From: Emiliania huxleyi CCMP1516
Taxonomy: Eukaryota
Reading direction: 5' to 3'
Length of the DNA: 64,000 nucleotides
Assembly (NCBI RefSeq): GCF_000372725.1
Contig: NW_005201360.1
Location: 22,881-86,880, forward strand
This document shows positions 47,635 through 60,235 of the stretch, one piece after another (the first letter of the stretch is position 1; each line of letters begins with the position of its first letter). The translations under genes and the position numbers were made by a program. The notes under the pieces were generated by a model. The model saw only the letters and a list, made by a program, of their open reading frames with translations. It was not told the origin of the DNA and made no database searches.

Positions 47635-48706
47635 CTACGCCTCCTCCAGCAGCGGCACGGCGGCCTCGGACAGGTCGAGGTTGTACAGCCGCGCCGCGCC
47701 GAGCACCACCTCCGGCAGCTCCTCTTGCCGCTGCCCCTCTAGCACAAAGGCGAGGTCCGCCACAATCAGCTTGGAGACCGGCCGCACCAACCCGAGCACG
47801 CGGTTGGCGATGGCCTCCTTGCTGATGTCCATGTCGACCTCCACGTACTCTGGCGTAGAAAAGTAGCGCTGCGGCACGCCCCGGCCACCCTTGGCCGTGA
47901 TGGCGGGACGCGACGGGCATGCGAGACGCAGCGTCAGGGGCGCCCGCACGAGCCTCGGGATGAGCTTGAAGCGGTCGTTGCGGAAGTCGTCGGCTGCGTG
48001 CGCGAACCGCTCCAGGAGCGCGGCTGCGGCCGGCGACTCCTCCTCCAGCGTCTCCAGCACGCCAAAGTACCTGCGCGTCGGGGCAGGGGGTGGGCTGGAG
48101 GAGGGGGAGGGTGTGGGTTGGGCGGGGTCTTTGTGAGGAGAGTGGGGAGGGGGGTGGGCTTTCACACATGGCGAGGTGCACGACCCACTTCCCCGTCGGG
48201 ATGACGACCACGACCACCACGATCCTCGAGAGAGGCGACTCGCAGCGCTCGTGGAGCGTCGAGGTCGGGGCGCCGGGACGGCCAGCCACGTTGGCAAAAA
48301 AAGTCTTTGCTCGAAAGAGCTCCACAGCCAAGAGCTGCGAGCCGCACGCGGACGGGACCTTCTTCCGGTCGCGAAGGTAGTTCTCGCCGCGGATCTCAAA
48401 GCCGTTCGGTGCGATGGCGCTCCAGCAGTGTCGGCCGTCCGCTGTGACCTGCTCGTCGAGCTCGTACGGCGAGCGCTCCACCGGAGGCGGGGAGACGGCC
48501 GATCTGCGGGTGACGGACGAGCGTCGAACCATCGCGTCGGCGAGTGGCTCTGACTGGAGACTTAATAGGAGCGGGACAGCGCTCGATTTGCGAGGGTCGA
48601 TGAGCTTCACGCTCTCCTCGGCAGCAATCGTCAGCCGTTGGTGAATGGTCGGCGCCGGCGCTGACTCAGACTCGCGTGCATATGATTTGCTGTGCCCGCA
48701 GCCCAT
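47635..48706 (-). CDS. EDR2 C-terminal (DUF1336) domain protein, 2 exons
   Basis: FEIRGENYLRDRKKVPS, FRNDRFKLIP, YVEVDMDI, DLAFVLEGQ..EELPE; MGCGHS myristoylation-like start. Confidence 0.85.
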
Positions 48707-49338
48707 TGTGGCCGCTGCTTCTCGCGCCACCCTGCGTCTCGAAGGAGGCAAAGACTACGGCAAAGACCGGCCCGCACCGGCAAATACCGCTCTGACAACA
48801 GTTGCCCCAAAGAGGGCGCGTTCTTTGCCACCACAGCAGAGGGAGACACCAGGGTGCCGTGAGGGCGGAAGAAAACTGCGGGTACCCCAGGAATTGCGAC
48901 TCGCCGCTTTCCTCCCGCTGTGATTCTGTGTGAGCTCTGTGTCTTGATTTGCCAACAATATACCTAACACTAACCTGCGAGAACCCTTCGGTCGCTCATT
49001 CATCGCAAACCCTGTCAGCAGAGTCCTCCTACGGGAAGGTACGTAAGAGCCACATACACTGAAAAATCCACACGTCCTACCTTCCTACATAGGAACCTAT
49101 GCACCCACACTTGGGGACTAGAGCATATGCACAGACAGACAGACAGACAGACAACAAACGATGGGGACACGCGCTCAACGCCAAAAGGCAGAAACCTCAA
49201 CTTGTACGAAAAACTAGCTTACTGCTCTCTTTCTCAAAGGTGCGTCCCCGACAGCCAAATTAGGCGAGCGCTTTTTTCATAAGGTAAGCCAGCGCCAACT
49301 TTTTGCGCACGTCCCTTGCACCCGCAGAAGACCACAAG

Positions 49339-51614
49339 ATGTGTCTGCGACGTCTCGCGCTCCTACTGGCCTCCGCCCCTACCGCCCGAGCACATGGGCG
49401 GATGTCATGCCCAGCGCCGCGTCAGATGCGCGACCACACCATCGACGGCGACGCCTGGACGCGGTGGGTCGGAATGACGGGGGGCTCCTACGCACCTGGG
49501 TTTGGCAACTCTCAGAGCCTCAACTCCGGAGGCCTCAACCCGGCGCACGCGAGCCCGCACTCGCGAGACCTCTGTGGTGGGACGCTTGCAAACGGATTCA
49601 ACGCGGGAGCGCGGTATGGCCCGACGGACCCACGCGGCACGTTTGTCAGCGGTGGCTTGATGGTGGTGACTATCGAGCTGACTGCCCATCACAGAGGTGC
49701 GCTGCCAACCTCTACGCCCAGTGCACCGATTGCCCACGTTTGCTGCACCCACGCCGCTCACCCGCCCCGCAGGCTGGTTCGAGTTCCGGCTCGCAGTCTT
49801 GGACGATCCAGACAAGAGCGTCCCCATCACGCAGGAGCTACTCAACGAGCATGTGCTCGAGATCGACCCCTCCACGATCGACTACGAGCGAGTGACGGAC
49901 TATCAGGCAGTGAGAGCGTCAGTCCGGTGCCCCTCCAGCGGCGGACACAGCGACCCATCCGCCGCCGCACTCACCGCAACGTTTCCTCACGGATCGTGCT
50001 GCAATGGCGGTGGCGCGTGCACCCCACCAGACGCCAACCGTGATCGGTACGTCGTTGACGACGCCGCGTTCGGCAACACATACATGATCGCCCTCAAGGT
50101 GCCGGTGGGCATCTCGTGCGAGCGCTGCGTCCTACAGTGGTACTATCAGACGGGCAATCGGCCCGACTCTTACCCAGAGGCGTTTTGGAACTGCGCCGAC
50201 ATCAGCATCGAGCCAGCGGGCTACGCCGGAGGGGTTGGCTGTGACTCTCCGGGGCCAAAGGAGATGCCTGTGACGCCGGCACCCACGCAGCCAAAAAGTG
50301 GGTGGTGTGAGAACCCATGGCAGGGCGGCGACTGCATCGCTTGCGCCACCGACATTGACTGTCCAACGGGGCGTGCTTGTTGGTCAGAGTCATCCTGCGA
50401 CTACCCGATCAAGTGCGGTGAGACCGCGGCATGCCAAGGCGCAACTTGCGGCCCGACGTCGGAGCTGTGCTCTGGAGAGATGGAGGCGTGCTCGTCTTTC
50501 GCCGCTTCGTGCCAAGAGTGGTGCGGGGCGTGTGCAGCGACGGCAGCGTGCGCCATCGACCTTCCAGACTACCCGGCGGGGACAGTTCGGAACGACTGCT
50601 CCTGCGACTGCTCCTCCTGCGGTGGCGGCACTCCATTTGACAGCTGCATCTTTCAGACCAAGGCTCCATTACCTCCTCCGCCCTCGGTCTCGACCTCGCA
50701 TCCACCGCCCACCTCGCCGAACCCACCGCCGCTACCCCAGACAACAGGCACAGGTGATGTCTGCACCACCGCCTGCGCGCATCCAGAGTGCGGCTGCGAC
50801 CTCACTGGAGCGTCTTGGTGCGATCGCGCTGTGCACTGCCACGACAGCACTGACAGCAATGGGGCGTGCAACTGGGGCGTGGCGTGCACTCCGTCGTCCC
50901 TTGCACCACCTCCGCTGATCCCTCCGCTGCCACCCCTCACCATGCAGCCTCCGGCTGAGCTGCCGCCCGAGTGCAAGCCATTTTGCGCCATGAAGACCCA
51001 GGGGTGGCTGGACAAGTGCAAGTGGAACGGCTGCCTCGGCTGCTCGCAATGTGACAGCCTGCCCGTCTGCGAGGCCTTTTGCGACGCCAAGACCCAGCAG
51101 TGGTCGAAAAAGTGCAACTGGACAGGCTGCTCGGGCTGCGCCCAATGCTCACGGGCAGCACAGCCGCCCAACTCCCTAGCCTCACCCTCACCATCGCCGC
51201 CGCCGCATTGCGAGGCCTTTTGCGACGCCAAGACACAGCAGTGGTCGAAAAAGTGCAACTGGACACGCTGCTCGGCCTGCGCCCAATGCTTACCGGCAGC
51301 ACAGCCGCCCACCTCCCTAGCCTCACCCTCACCGTCGCCGCCGCCGCATCCGTCGCCTCCCCCGCCGCATCCGTCGCCTCCCCCGCCGCATCCGCCGGCA
51401 AGTGGCGGGGGACAGTGTCTGTCCACAGGCTATCATGCTGGCTACACCGACGCTTGGTGCGACATCAACTGCAACCACAATCCTCCCAACTGCCCCGCCC
51501 TTCACTGCACCCAGGACTGCCTCGGTGGAGGCGGGGAGGGCGCACCGCCACCACCTTCACCTCCACCACCCTCGCCGTCCCTGTCGCCGCCACCCACAAT
51601 CTACGCGCCGCCTC

Positions 51615-51676
<62 letters not shown>

Positions 51677-52837
51677 CGCGTTGTGCAGTATTACGCGCAG
51701 TGGGCTGTGTACGGGCGCAGCTTTTACCCTCGTGACGTGCGCGTCGACAAGCTCACGCACATGCACTACGCATTCTACGAGGTGACATCCGACTGCCGGG
51801 CCGCATCCATCGATGAGTACGCCGACTATCAGCTCTCGCAGACCGCCGCCGGCCGCATGGTGCGGGGCAACATCGCCGCCTTTGTCGCCCTGCGCGAGGA
51901 GCAAGCCAGCCTCGGCCACACGCTGCGCCTCATCCTCTCGCTCGGCGGGTGGACCAAGTCGACGCACTTCTCCGAGTGCGCAAAGACCCAAGTAAAGCGG
52001 CAGGCCCTCGTCAGCTCGGCCGCCGCGTTGCTAGACCGGACCGACTTCGACGGCCTGGACCTCGATTGGGAGTACCCGGTCTGCTGCGGGTTGGATAGCA
52101 ACGGCGTCGACCCCGCCGACTGGGAGAATTACGTGTTGCTGCTGCAGATGCTGCGCGCGGCGCTGGACGTGGCGCACCCGACGGAGCACAAGGAGCTGTC
52201 GATCGCGATGGGGATGAGCCCGGCCGTGACGGGCATCGCGCCCAAGGCGGCGCTCGCCGACGTGCTCGATTGCATCTACCTGATGACCTATGATTATAAT
52301 GGCGATTGGAACGACTTCACTGGCCACCTCGCGCCTCTCTACCCCGATCCCGCCTATCCCGGAGACCCCGACTTCCACATCTCGTGGGGCGTGGCCGAGT
52401 GGACCGCCGTGGTGCCAGCCTCCAAGCTCGTTATGGGCATGCCCTCGTACGGCCGCTCGTGGCACGGCACGACTGAGCTGTTCGGCTTCGGCGCTACGCC
52501 CGGACCGGGGACCTACTGGGAGCCACCCGACAGGAAGGAGCAGCCGGGCATCCTGCGGTACGACGAGATCACCTCGGACCGATTCGCTGGCTTGACTCGC
52601 GGCTGGTCCGACATCGCCAAAGTGCCGTATCTCCAAGGCTACCTCGGCGGCCAGCCCACCTTCATCACCTACGACGACCCCGATTCGATCGCCATCAAGG
52701 CTCGCTTTGGCCAGGCGGCTGGTCTGGCTGGGATGATGTTCTGGGAGGCGTCCGAGGACAGCTCCTCCGTTTTGCTGCTGCGGGCCATCGAGGCTTGGAA
52801 CGAGGGGTCGCCTCGCCGCTCCCTGCTGCTGTCGTGA
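49339..52837 (+). CDS. secreted AA15-type LPMO fused to GH18 chitinase via Cys-rich and Pro-rich modules
   Basis: Signal peptide then H1-GRMSCPAPR; TAHHRG/WFEFRL across intron 49697-49772; CERCVLQWYY.TGN..E.FWNCADI; SLGGWT, FDGLDLDWEYP, LMTYDY, MFWE. Confidence 0.92.
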
Positions 52838-53066
52838 ATGTCGCACATGTGCTTTGTTGTGCCTTTAGCTGACGGGCGGCTGGGAGGCGTCGCGAGCCAT
52901 TGGTGCCGCTGCATAAGCTCAACTCATGGACTCTCACATGTTCACACACGTTAAATTTTCATTGGTTTGCTGTGTTTCACGGTGAATGAGAGAGAGAGAG
53001 AGATGTGTGTTTCCTCTTTTCTCGACGTCTCTTCGAGTTGCGTGGCGTCCGACGGATATCTCGCCC

Positions 53067-55404
53067 TCAAGACCCGCGCTCGATTTCGAAGGCAGATTGC
53101 AAGAGGTCCCAAGCGTCATCCACGATCCAGTCGCCCATATACCCACAAAGATTGATGGTCTCCTTGGACATCGAGGCGATGGGGAAGGGAAGGAGGCGGT
53201 ACGGGAAGCCTCTGTAGGGCAAAACCCCCTGCTCAGGGTCAAATAAGTCGATCCCCTCGGGGTTGAGCCGCTCGTTGGCATTCATCTCGCGCATCCACTT
53301 TGTGGGCGCCGCCATCAGGACCACTGTGAGGTCTACAGTGTCCTGCGACGACCTCGTGCCGTAGAATGGGTTGTCGAGCACCTTGATCCCCTACGAAGCG
53401 CAGGGATCGGGCTGTGGGTCGCCGCGAGGGGAATCGGATGGGTTGCTGTGCGCACCTTCAGCGTGCCCGCAATCGCCCGGCCCTGCGCCATTCTGTGCTC
53501 GAATTGCATGACCAGGTGATCAAAGGGGCGGCAGTCACGCGGGTCGACGCCGGGCAGCAGCGCCGCCGCCGCCGCGCAGTCATAGTCGCCCACGTCGTTG
53601 GAAAAGATTTGGTTGATGACGAAAAAGGGGCTGGCTTCGAGAACATCTTTGCAGCCCAACGCGCAGACGCGCGGCAGAAAGCGTGCGCATTGCTTGCAGA
53701 GCTCAGCCCAGAGGCTAGGAGTGCGGTGCTGAGACGTCTGCTTCGTCGGGATCCTGGGTAGACAGCCAAAGAGAGCCGCCAGCCCCTGAATCTTGAGTAC
53801 GCGGAGGCGCGGGGGGCCCTGTGGCGTGAGGCACGTAGGCTCAAACAGATCGGACGGCATATTTGTCATGACGGAGGCGATCCGGCGCGCTCCTTTGGCA
53901 ACCGTGGGAGCGATGGCCAGGTTCTCCAACACGCCGCCATCGGTGAACAGGCAGGTCTCGGCGTGCAGCGGCGCCGTCTTCACCCCGAAAACTCGCAGCA
54001 CGCGGGGAAGAGGACGCCGGGAGCCCCGACCGCATCGCCGCCCATCGCGATGGTGGTCTCGGGCGAGAGGCGGGACGCGCCAGGAAGATGCCCGCACGGC
54101 GTCGCCCTCGGTGGGAGGACAAATCTCTGCGCGGGGACGGTGACGGCGTCGAAGAGGGTCGTGCGCTGACAACCCTCGCATCGCTTGCACCCACAAAGGC
54201 AGCCACAGAGGCTCTCCCCGGCCAGAGGCGGCAGGCGCATCCTCTGGTCGCGGCAGTCGGGCGTGCCACTGTCACGCGGAGGGCTGGGCGTATACGCCGT
54301 CGAGGCGTTGGCCGGTGTAAAGACCCAAGGGACGAGGCTGACGCCGCGAGCATTGCCAGGTTGGCCGGGGGCCCACTGCTCTTTGAGGGCTGTACGAACG
54401 GCTAGTCCCATGCGACGCGAGTCTTGGCGGTTGGACTCGAGACTCAACTCGGTGTTGAAGCTGATCCACTCTGTGTCAGGATCGGAAACGCCCGTTCCGT
54501 CCGGATCGGCGGTGGCCGAGATTGCAGCCAAGGAGACCGCCGCATTCCACGCCTTGAGCGCCCAGACGAGCAGCGGTCCGGTGAAGCGGGTGGGGTGGAT
54601 GTTGCTCAGGGAAGCCATCGTGACAATCCCGAGCGGCATTGGCGCCTGTGGACGAGGCCACACGTAGTCCGATTCTGCCGCCCCTTCCGCCGCCGCGAGA
54701 TCGGCGGCCTGCTCTTGGCTCGCTGCCGTGAATTTGCCCCTCCCGACGCCGAGGGGTCGGAGGAAGAAGTACCACATGAATTCAACCCACCACGACGGGT
54801 CGCCAGCCGCCCACGGCCAGCAGGCCGGTCCGACGCACTTTCCAAAGCCGAGGAGACGAAAGGGCGTGCCGATCGACGCAGCAATCGGGATGGCCCAGCA
54901 GAGGGTGGGAACGTACCACGGGCAGCCTCCGGGAGGAGGACAGCATGCTGCAGGGAAGGTCAGCATCCATCCATACAGTCCCCGCCCGTGCTCGACGTCG
55001 GGATCGAGGTGGTGCATCGCTGCGGGGGTGATGTCCCGGGGCCGAGTGGCGCGTGCAGTGTCGAGGAAGACGGAAGGATCCAGTTTCGAGTAGCAGTACA
55101 TTGTTGCGGCGATGTAACCCCCGGAAGCGCCAGAGATAACGTCAAAGTTGTCGAGGGCGCTCTTGTTGCCACGCCGCCTCGCGGGCGGAGGAAGCGACTT
55201 TCTCGCAAAGCCTCGGAAGACGCCAAGCATCTCAGCTGGTGGCACAAGGCCTCCACCTGTGACACACAGAGCGACCTCGGGCGCTGCCTCTCCCTTTGGG
55301 AGCGCATCCTGTCTGCCTGCGGCTACGCACTGCTTGCGGACATACGCAGCCTTGGGCCGGGGCATGCTGGGCGGTGCCACTTGGTCTGCCGATTTTTGTG
55401 GCAT
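53067..55404 (-). CDS. patatin/cPLA2-like acyl hydrolase, multi-exon, possible frameshift near 53985
   Basis: ALCVTGGG oxyanion motif, ISGASGG nucleophile, FTDGG..ENL. Confidence 0.7.
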
Positions 55405-56404
55405 TGTCAGCGCTCGGCCAGTGTCGAGGGCAGGCCGAGCCTAAGGCCCCAAGGGGCGGAAGCGGCCGCCGTTTTTTCACAACACACAAGTTTCGTGTCT
55501 TTTGAACACCGAAGTCGCGGTTTTCTTGTGCACTTGAACACATTGACACTCTAGTGCGGACCCATTCGGCGGCACTTGGGTGCCAGCGACAGGGACGGGT
55601 TGGATTGTGATGATGAGAGTGGCTTGGAAGAGGGTGCGAGGGGCGGGAGAACGGCAGCACTCTCTCTCTCCATCGGACCACCTCGAAGACGAGGCTGTTC
55701 AGCGAGGCGCAGCCTGTGGGCGGCTCCTGCCACGGCTGCACCTGACCGCAGTCGCCACCGGTCGACGGCAACAATTCGCTCGACGTCGAGGCCCGTTCCG
55801 ATGACCGCCTCACGCCGCCGGCCCATCTGGCAGATGGCGGCGCCGGACCTGGTCTTTCGCAACGCCGCTGGCAGCGCGGCCCTCCGCGTGCGCTCTTGGA
55901 GCTCGTCCTCCAGGCGAGACAGAGCCACGAGGGTCCGCTTCTGGCCTGACCACCCAAAGTCCTCCGCCGCTTCCCGCGCGTCGGCCATCCTCCGCTCCTA
56001 AAGACGAGGAGGCACGACTGGCGCAACGTAGCTCGGGAAGCAATATTGGGATGAGCGATCCCTCGCTTCTCGGCCAGAGCCCCTACCGCTGTCGCTGCCG
56101 CGCGCCTGAAGACGGCGGTGGAAGTGCGGGTGCGCCATGCAAGGTGTGCCCGGCTTCAGCGCGCACAGCAGGGCGGGCAGCGAGGTCCCGATTACACACT
56201 CCGCGGCGAGGAGGTCTCGGTCGAGTGGCGACGAGGGGCCAGGGCAAGTAAACGAGGCGGCAGCCTGCGCGGTCAGGGGCAGACTGCGGGCGCTCCGAGT
56301 CATTACTTACGCGGGTGTGTGCCAGTCCGTCCCAGTCTGCGTACTTACGCGTCGAGTTCGTTTCAGGAATCCGAAAAGAAATCAGAAGGCGCAGCACAAA
56401 GAAT

Positions 56405-56473
56405 TCCAAAATCCTTCTCGTGCAGGTGGGGACCCTGTCCTCCCCCCATCCCTTTAAATTTTTCTTTCTTTTT
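56405..56473 (+). repeat. repeat family A, short 3' copy
   Basis: CTCGTGCAGGTGGGGACCCTGTCC then T-rich tail. Confidence 0.8.
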
Positions 56474-56524
56474 CCTCGCTGTGTGTGGCGCTTGAACCGC
56501 AGCGGGAATGGAACGCGTATCTGA

Positions 56525-56943
56525 GACACTCCTACGCCTCTGGCAACACCGAAGAGAAGGCCCGCCGCCTGAACATGAGCTGCAAGGCGCGCGGGCAGCC
56601 CGGCCAACCCTTCTCCCACAAGAGACCGGCCACGGCTACGTCAAGGCGCATCGCGGTTTCTACCACGACGCGATCTTTGTCAAGCGCAACAACTTCAACC
56701 TGCTGCTCCACGAGACGTTCGGCGGCGGCCTCTCGCCCACCGCCGTTCTCAAGCTGCGCCGCCTCGCGCGCAAAGTCGCGCGCGGCAGCGTTGACCGCAC
56801 GGCCTACTCGCCCAAGCGCCAAGTACTCGCTCTCCTTTATGTCCCACCATGCAGAGCGCATCTCTCTCTCTGTTGTGCGAGGCGTGAACCGCGCCATTCG
56901 CTCTCACCTGGCAACCCTGTCTGCACGTCTCGCGCGCGCGTGA
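56525..56943 (+). mobile_element. frameshifted RLE-type retrotransposon remnant
   Basis: SGNTEE..CKARG..TGHGYVK..YHDA..KR..LLHETFGG..DRTAY..SF..HHAERISL parallels 22950-23380. Confidence 0.65.
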
Positions 56944-57491
56944 ACAGGGCTCCAGGCCCCAAATGACGTGTGAGTGTTAGAGTTGTTGTCGTATCTGCCA
57001 TCTCTGCGGCAGAGTCTCTGGATGAGGACGACCGCGGACCGACGCCGCGGCGGAACCCGCCCCCCACTCTGTAGTACAGTAACTACCTCAACGGGGCTGT
57101 TGGCGCAGGGGGAGGTGTCAATCACGCTCCCGGGACGCCGGAGAGTATCGGGTTGGTCTCCCCCGCCTTCAGCCCTGACCCGACGGGGACGCCACCACCC
57201 TCGCCCAGGGATCTACAATGCTGTCTTAAGGTCCGACAGGTTCGGCACCGGGCACCGCCTCGGTACACAAATGCGCCTGCGGGCGGACCCTTTACAGATC
57301 GGCACAGAAGACAGATATATCACAGCTCCCAGTATACGCACCTTATGTATATAGCAAGCCGCGTTGGAGCCGCTCCCGTGCGGGCAGGACCCTCAGCGGG
57401 GCACTGTCCCCGGTGATAGTATTTTGTTCAACGCGGGCTTCAACGCGGCAAAAGAGGCACGCACACAGAGATGCAAACGCTACACTGTGTG

Positions 57492-58343
57492 TCACCTCGA
57501 GGACGCGCCCTCCACGTGCTCTTCTTCATGCTCCATCCTCCCTCGCCGCCTCGATAGCTCGAGCGCCTCCGCGACGCCCATGACACACACGGTGCTGCCA
57601 ACGACGATGCCCTGCACATAGACGCGAACCTTTCGAGCGCACGGAAGGGGATTCAAGCTCGCGGGACTGGCGACGTTCAGTGCGGCTGGGCTCAGAGAAG
57701 TAGAAGGGCAACACAAGTGTGGTATGGTGTGCGCCTGCATCAGCCGCTGCGCGCCGACGGCGAGCGAGCCGTCTCGCAGCACGAGGCACGCACTCAGCGC
57801 CGCGAGGGTAAGGATGGCCGCCGCCGGGTGCTCGCCCGCTAGGGCAGCCGCGCGCGCTGGCGCTGTCCCGCCGGCGAGCCAGTCGGCGAGGAGTACGATC
57901 AGCTGCCCTCCGCGGTGCTGCGGCTGCTGCGGCGGCTGCTTTGCCGCCGCCTCGCGATACCGTTCGGTGATGGCGCGCGAACGCTCCGCCGCGTCGGGCT
58001 CCTCCCCGTGCACCACCACACTGCTGCACAGCCTCTGATAGTCGCTACGCTGCTTCCGGCAGTCGGCAGTCACAGACGCCTGCGCCTGGCCGGTGATACT
58101 CGCTTCGCAGACGGCGACGCGTTTGGCGAGCGCGGCGCACCGCCGCTCCGCCTTGATCGGATCGATCTGCCGGCCAGAGGGATTGCACGCCGAGTTGGTC
58201 ACGCAGTGCGAGCGCCACGCCTGGAACGGCTGCTTGCACGCGGCAGGAGCATGCTCGCGCTCACACGCGGAGACAGCGGCGAATAGGGCTGCGCAGCGGT
58301 CGGCGCAGCGCGCGTCGACGGCTTGGGCGGAGGCGGAGGTCAT
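57492..58343 (-). CDS. CX9C-like Cys-pair protein with C-terminal HIG1-like membrane domain
   Basis: Two Cys-pair helical repeats; after a 105-nt GC-AG intron (57734-57630) reads AQRLMQVRVYVQG. Confidence 0.6.
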   Translation of the reverse strand: MTSASAQAVDARCADRCAALFAAVSACEREHAPAACKQPFQAWRSHCVTNSACNPSGRQIDPIKAERRCAALAKRVAVCEASITGQAQASVTADCRKQRSDYQRLCSSVVVHGEEPDAAERSRAITERYREAAAKQPPQQPQHRGGQLIVLLADWLAGGTAPARAAALAGEHPAAAILTLAALSACLVLRDGSLAVGAQRLMQAHTIPHLCCPSTSLSPAALNVASPASLNPLPCARKVRVYVQGIVVGSTVCVMGVAEALELSRRRGRMEHEEEHVEGASSR

Positions 58344-58423
58344 GAGTAGCCAGCCGAGAGAGACCAGGTGCGGCGCGGATGCCGTGGTTCTTGTGCGAAA
58401 TTTCTTCATCTTGACATCTGTCC

Positions 58424-58495
58424 CGCGTCCACCCATACCGCGTTGGTGTCCAGTCCGAGCCTGACTGTTGTTCATCTTTCTACATACATACATAC
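58424..58495 (+). repeat. repeat family C
   Basis: Match to 25953-26022 with (TACA)n tail. Confidence 0.85.
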
Positions 58496-59121
58496 AGCTC
58501 AAACATTATCTAGCACTGCACGGCTCCTCGGGATTTCTGGGGAGTTGGGACGTGTGTGTGAGTGAGAGAGATTTTTGAAGACCAACAAGAAATCACGTCT
58601 CGCAGTGATTTGGGCTCGGCAGCTTGTCAGCCCTCAGCCGAAGCTGGGGCCGGTCCTCCCGTGGCCGAGAGAGCCCGCGCCGATGAGTTCGACGCGGTCG
58701 GTGTGTGCGTGCGTTTTTAGAAGCCAATCTTTTTCTTGTGCGTTTTGGTTTGTGCGTGCGAGAATCACGACTCTCACCCCCACGTGCCACGACTCGGAAC
58801 GCGAATGTGACAGGACCATCGCGCATCGGGTCCTTCAGCCACCAAAGCGAGATCACCCTAGAGCCTGAGCCTGCCTCTGGCCGAGAGGAGGAAGCCGAGA
58901 GAGACAGGTGTGCAGAGAGTGAGTTTTAGCATCTTCTCACGTGTTGGTGTGCAGCGAATGAATTCTTTTGTGTGAACTTTCTTTTTTGCGTTAAAGGAGC
59001 ATTCCTGGCCTGTGTAATCTAGCCCCCCTACTCGCGTGTTTACGAACTCTCTGTTCACAGCTGGAGTGGATTCCTTCCTGGCCGTATCGCTCGACAGGTG
59101 TCTTGCGCTTCACGCCCAGCA

Positions 59122-59940
59122 ATGGCTCTTATCGCGCTGCTGCTGCTCCTCTCGACTGCCTGCAGTCACGCTCTGCGGGCTGGCGTCCCGCGCATGACTG
59201 CGCCGGCCGCCGCGGCTTCGTCGACACTGCGGCCGGACCTTGCCGCCGCTCTCGGCACGGAACCGGAGAGCGGCATGGCTGACGAGGCGGCGATGCTCGC
59301 GAGCTCCACCTTCCCGATACCGCCGGACGAGCTGGTCAGCCTCGCAAAGGCGTTCACCGCGGCTCAGCTCGCAGGCACCGCCGACGGGAGCGGTGGCAAC
59401 CCGGACTGGTTCGCCGAGGACTTCCGCTTCGTCGCACCCGTGGTCGGCCCGTACGACAAGGGCCTCTTCATCGACTCGCTCAAATCGTTCGACCTCAAGA
59501 CCGCGTTCCCGAGCCTGAGCTCCAACTACCACCACTTCCGCGTCTGCCCGTTCAAGCCGAACCGCGTGTGGTACTCGGTGAAGTACCTCGGGAAGAATGA
59601 TGGCCCCGTGCTGGGGCGGCCGGCGACCGGCAAGTCGGTCGAGTCTCCGGTTCAGGCGCACAGCATCACATTCAATGAGCAAGGCGAGGTGACCAAGTTC
59701 ACGATCGGTTACGTGATGGACAAGGAGGAGGGCAACACGGGCGGGCTCGGCGGGGTGTTTGGCCTGTTTTGGGCGATCGGGTACGGCTTCCCCTTTCCCG
59801 AGGCGCAGCCGTACAAGCCGTCGCCCGTGTACGGGACGCTGCAGAGCGTAAACAGGGCCATCCAGGACGCCTTCAAGGCGAGCCCGGCGTTCAAGAGCGC
59901 GGTCCAGAGCGTACTCACCACGCTGGGCAAGCGAGAGTGA
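59122..59940 (+). CDS. SnoaL/NTF2-like algal protein with targeting peptide
   Basis: FAEDFRFVAPVVGP, AFP..., GYVMDK..GNTGGLGG; intronless. Confidence 0.75.
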   Translation: MALIALLLLLSTACSHALRAGVPRMTAPAAAASSTLRPDLAAALGTEPESGMADEAAMLASSTFPIPPDELVSLAKAFTAAQLAGTADGSGGNPDWFAEDFRFVAPVVGPYDKGLFIDSLKSFDLKTAFPSLSSNYHHFRVCPFKPNRVWYSVKYLGKNDGPVLGRPATGKSVESPVQAHSITFNEQGEVTKFTIGYVMDKEEGNTGGLGGVFGLFWAIGYGFPFPEAQPYKPSPVYGTLQSVNRAIQDAFKASPAFKSAVQSVLTTLGKRE

Positions 59941-60023
59941 GTTGTGCTTCTGTAGAAGCTAGTGGATTTCGTTAGACGTGGAGGAGGCGAATTTCTTCTT
60001 CACTCTAGATAGATAGCGTCCTG

Positions 60024-60184
60024 GTTCCGGCTCCAACCCGGATAGGGGGTGTGTCGCCACTGGCTGGCCCCTCCCCAGATAGGTAGGTAGGTTGGTCTTG
60101 TTTCGCCCAAAAGCCAAAAGGGCCCTGCAATAGGTAACGGCAAAAAAGAGGAAAAGTGGTGACAGGCCCCCTATCTTGCGGAAC
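60024..60184. mobile_element. MITE, same family as 29024-29245, inverted, shortened right TIR
   Basis: Shared TIR and internal sequence; CCTG on both flanks. Confidence 0.8.
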
Positions 60185-60235
60185 CCTGGTGTCGGGAAGA
60201 GAAAAAAGTACAAAAACAGGGGGGAGCGGGAAGCG

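Noticed and set aside
53980..53982. TGA as selenocysteine in the patatin-like gene
   Set aside because: Read-through frame lacks the DGG motif; homology continues in a different frame
55551..55988. 145-aa ORF
   Set aside because: No recognisable motif; cannot distinguish from chance
56960..57480. Possible MITE with weak resemblance to 22383-22949
   Set aside because: Could not define TIRs or a TSD
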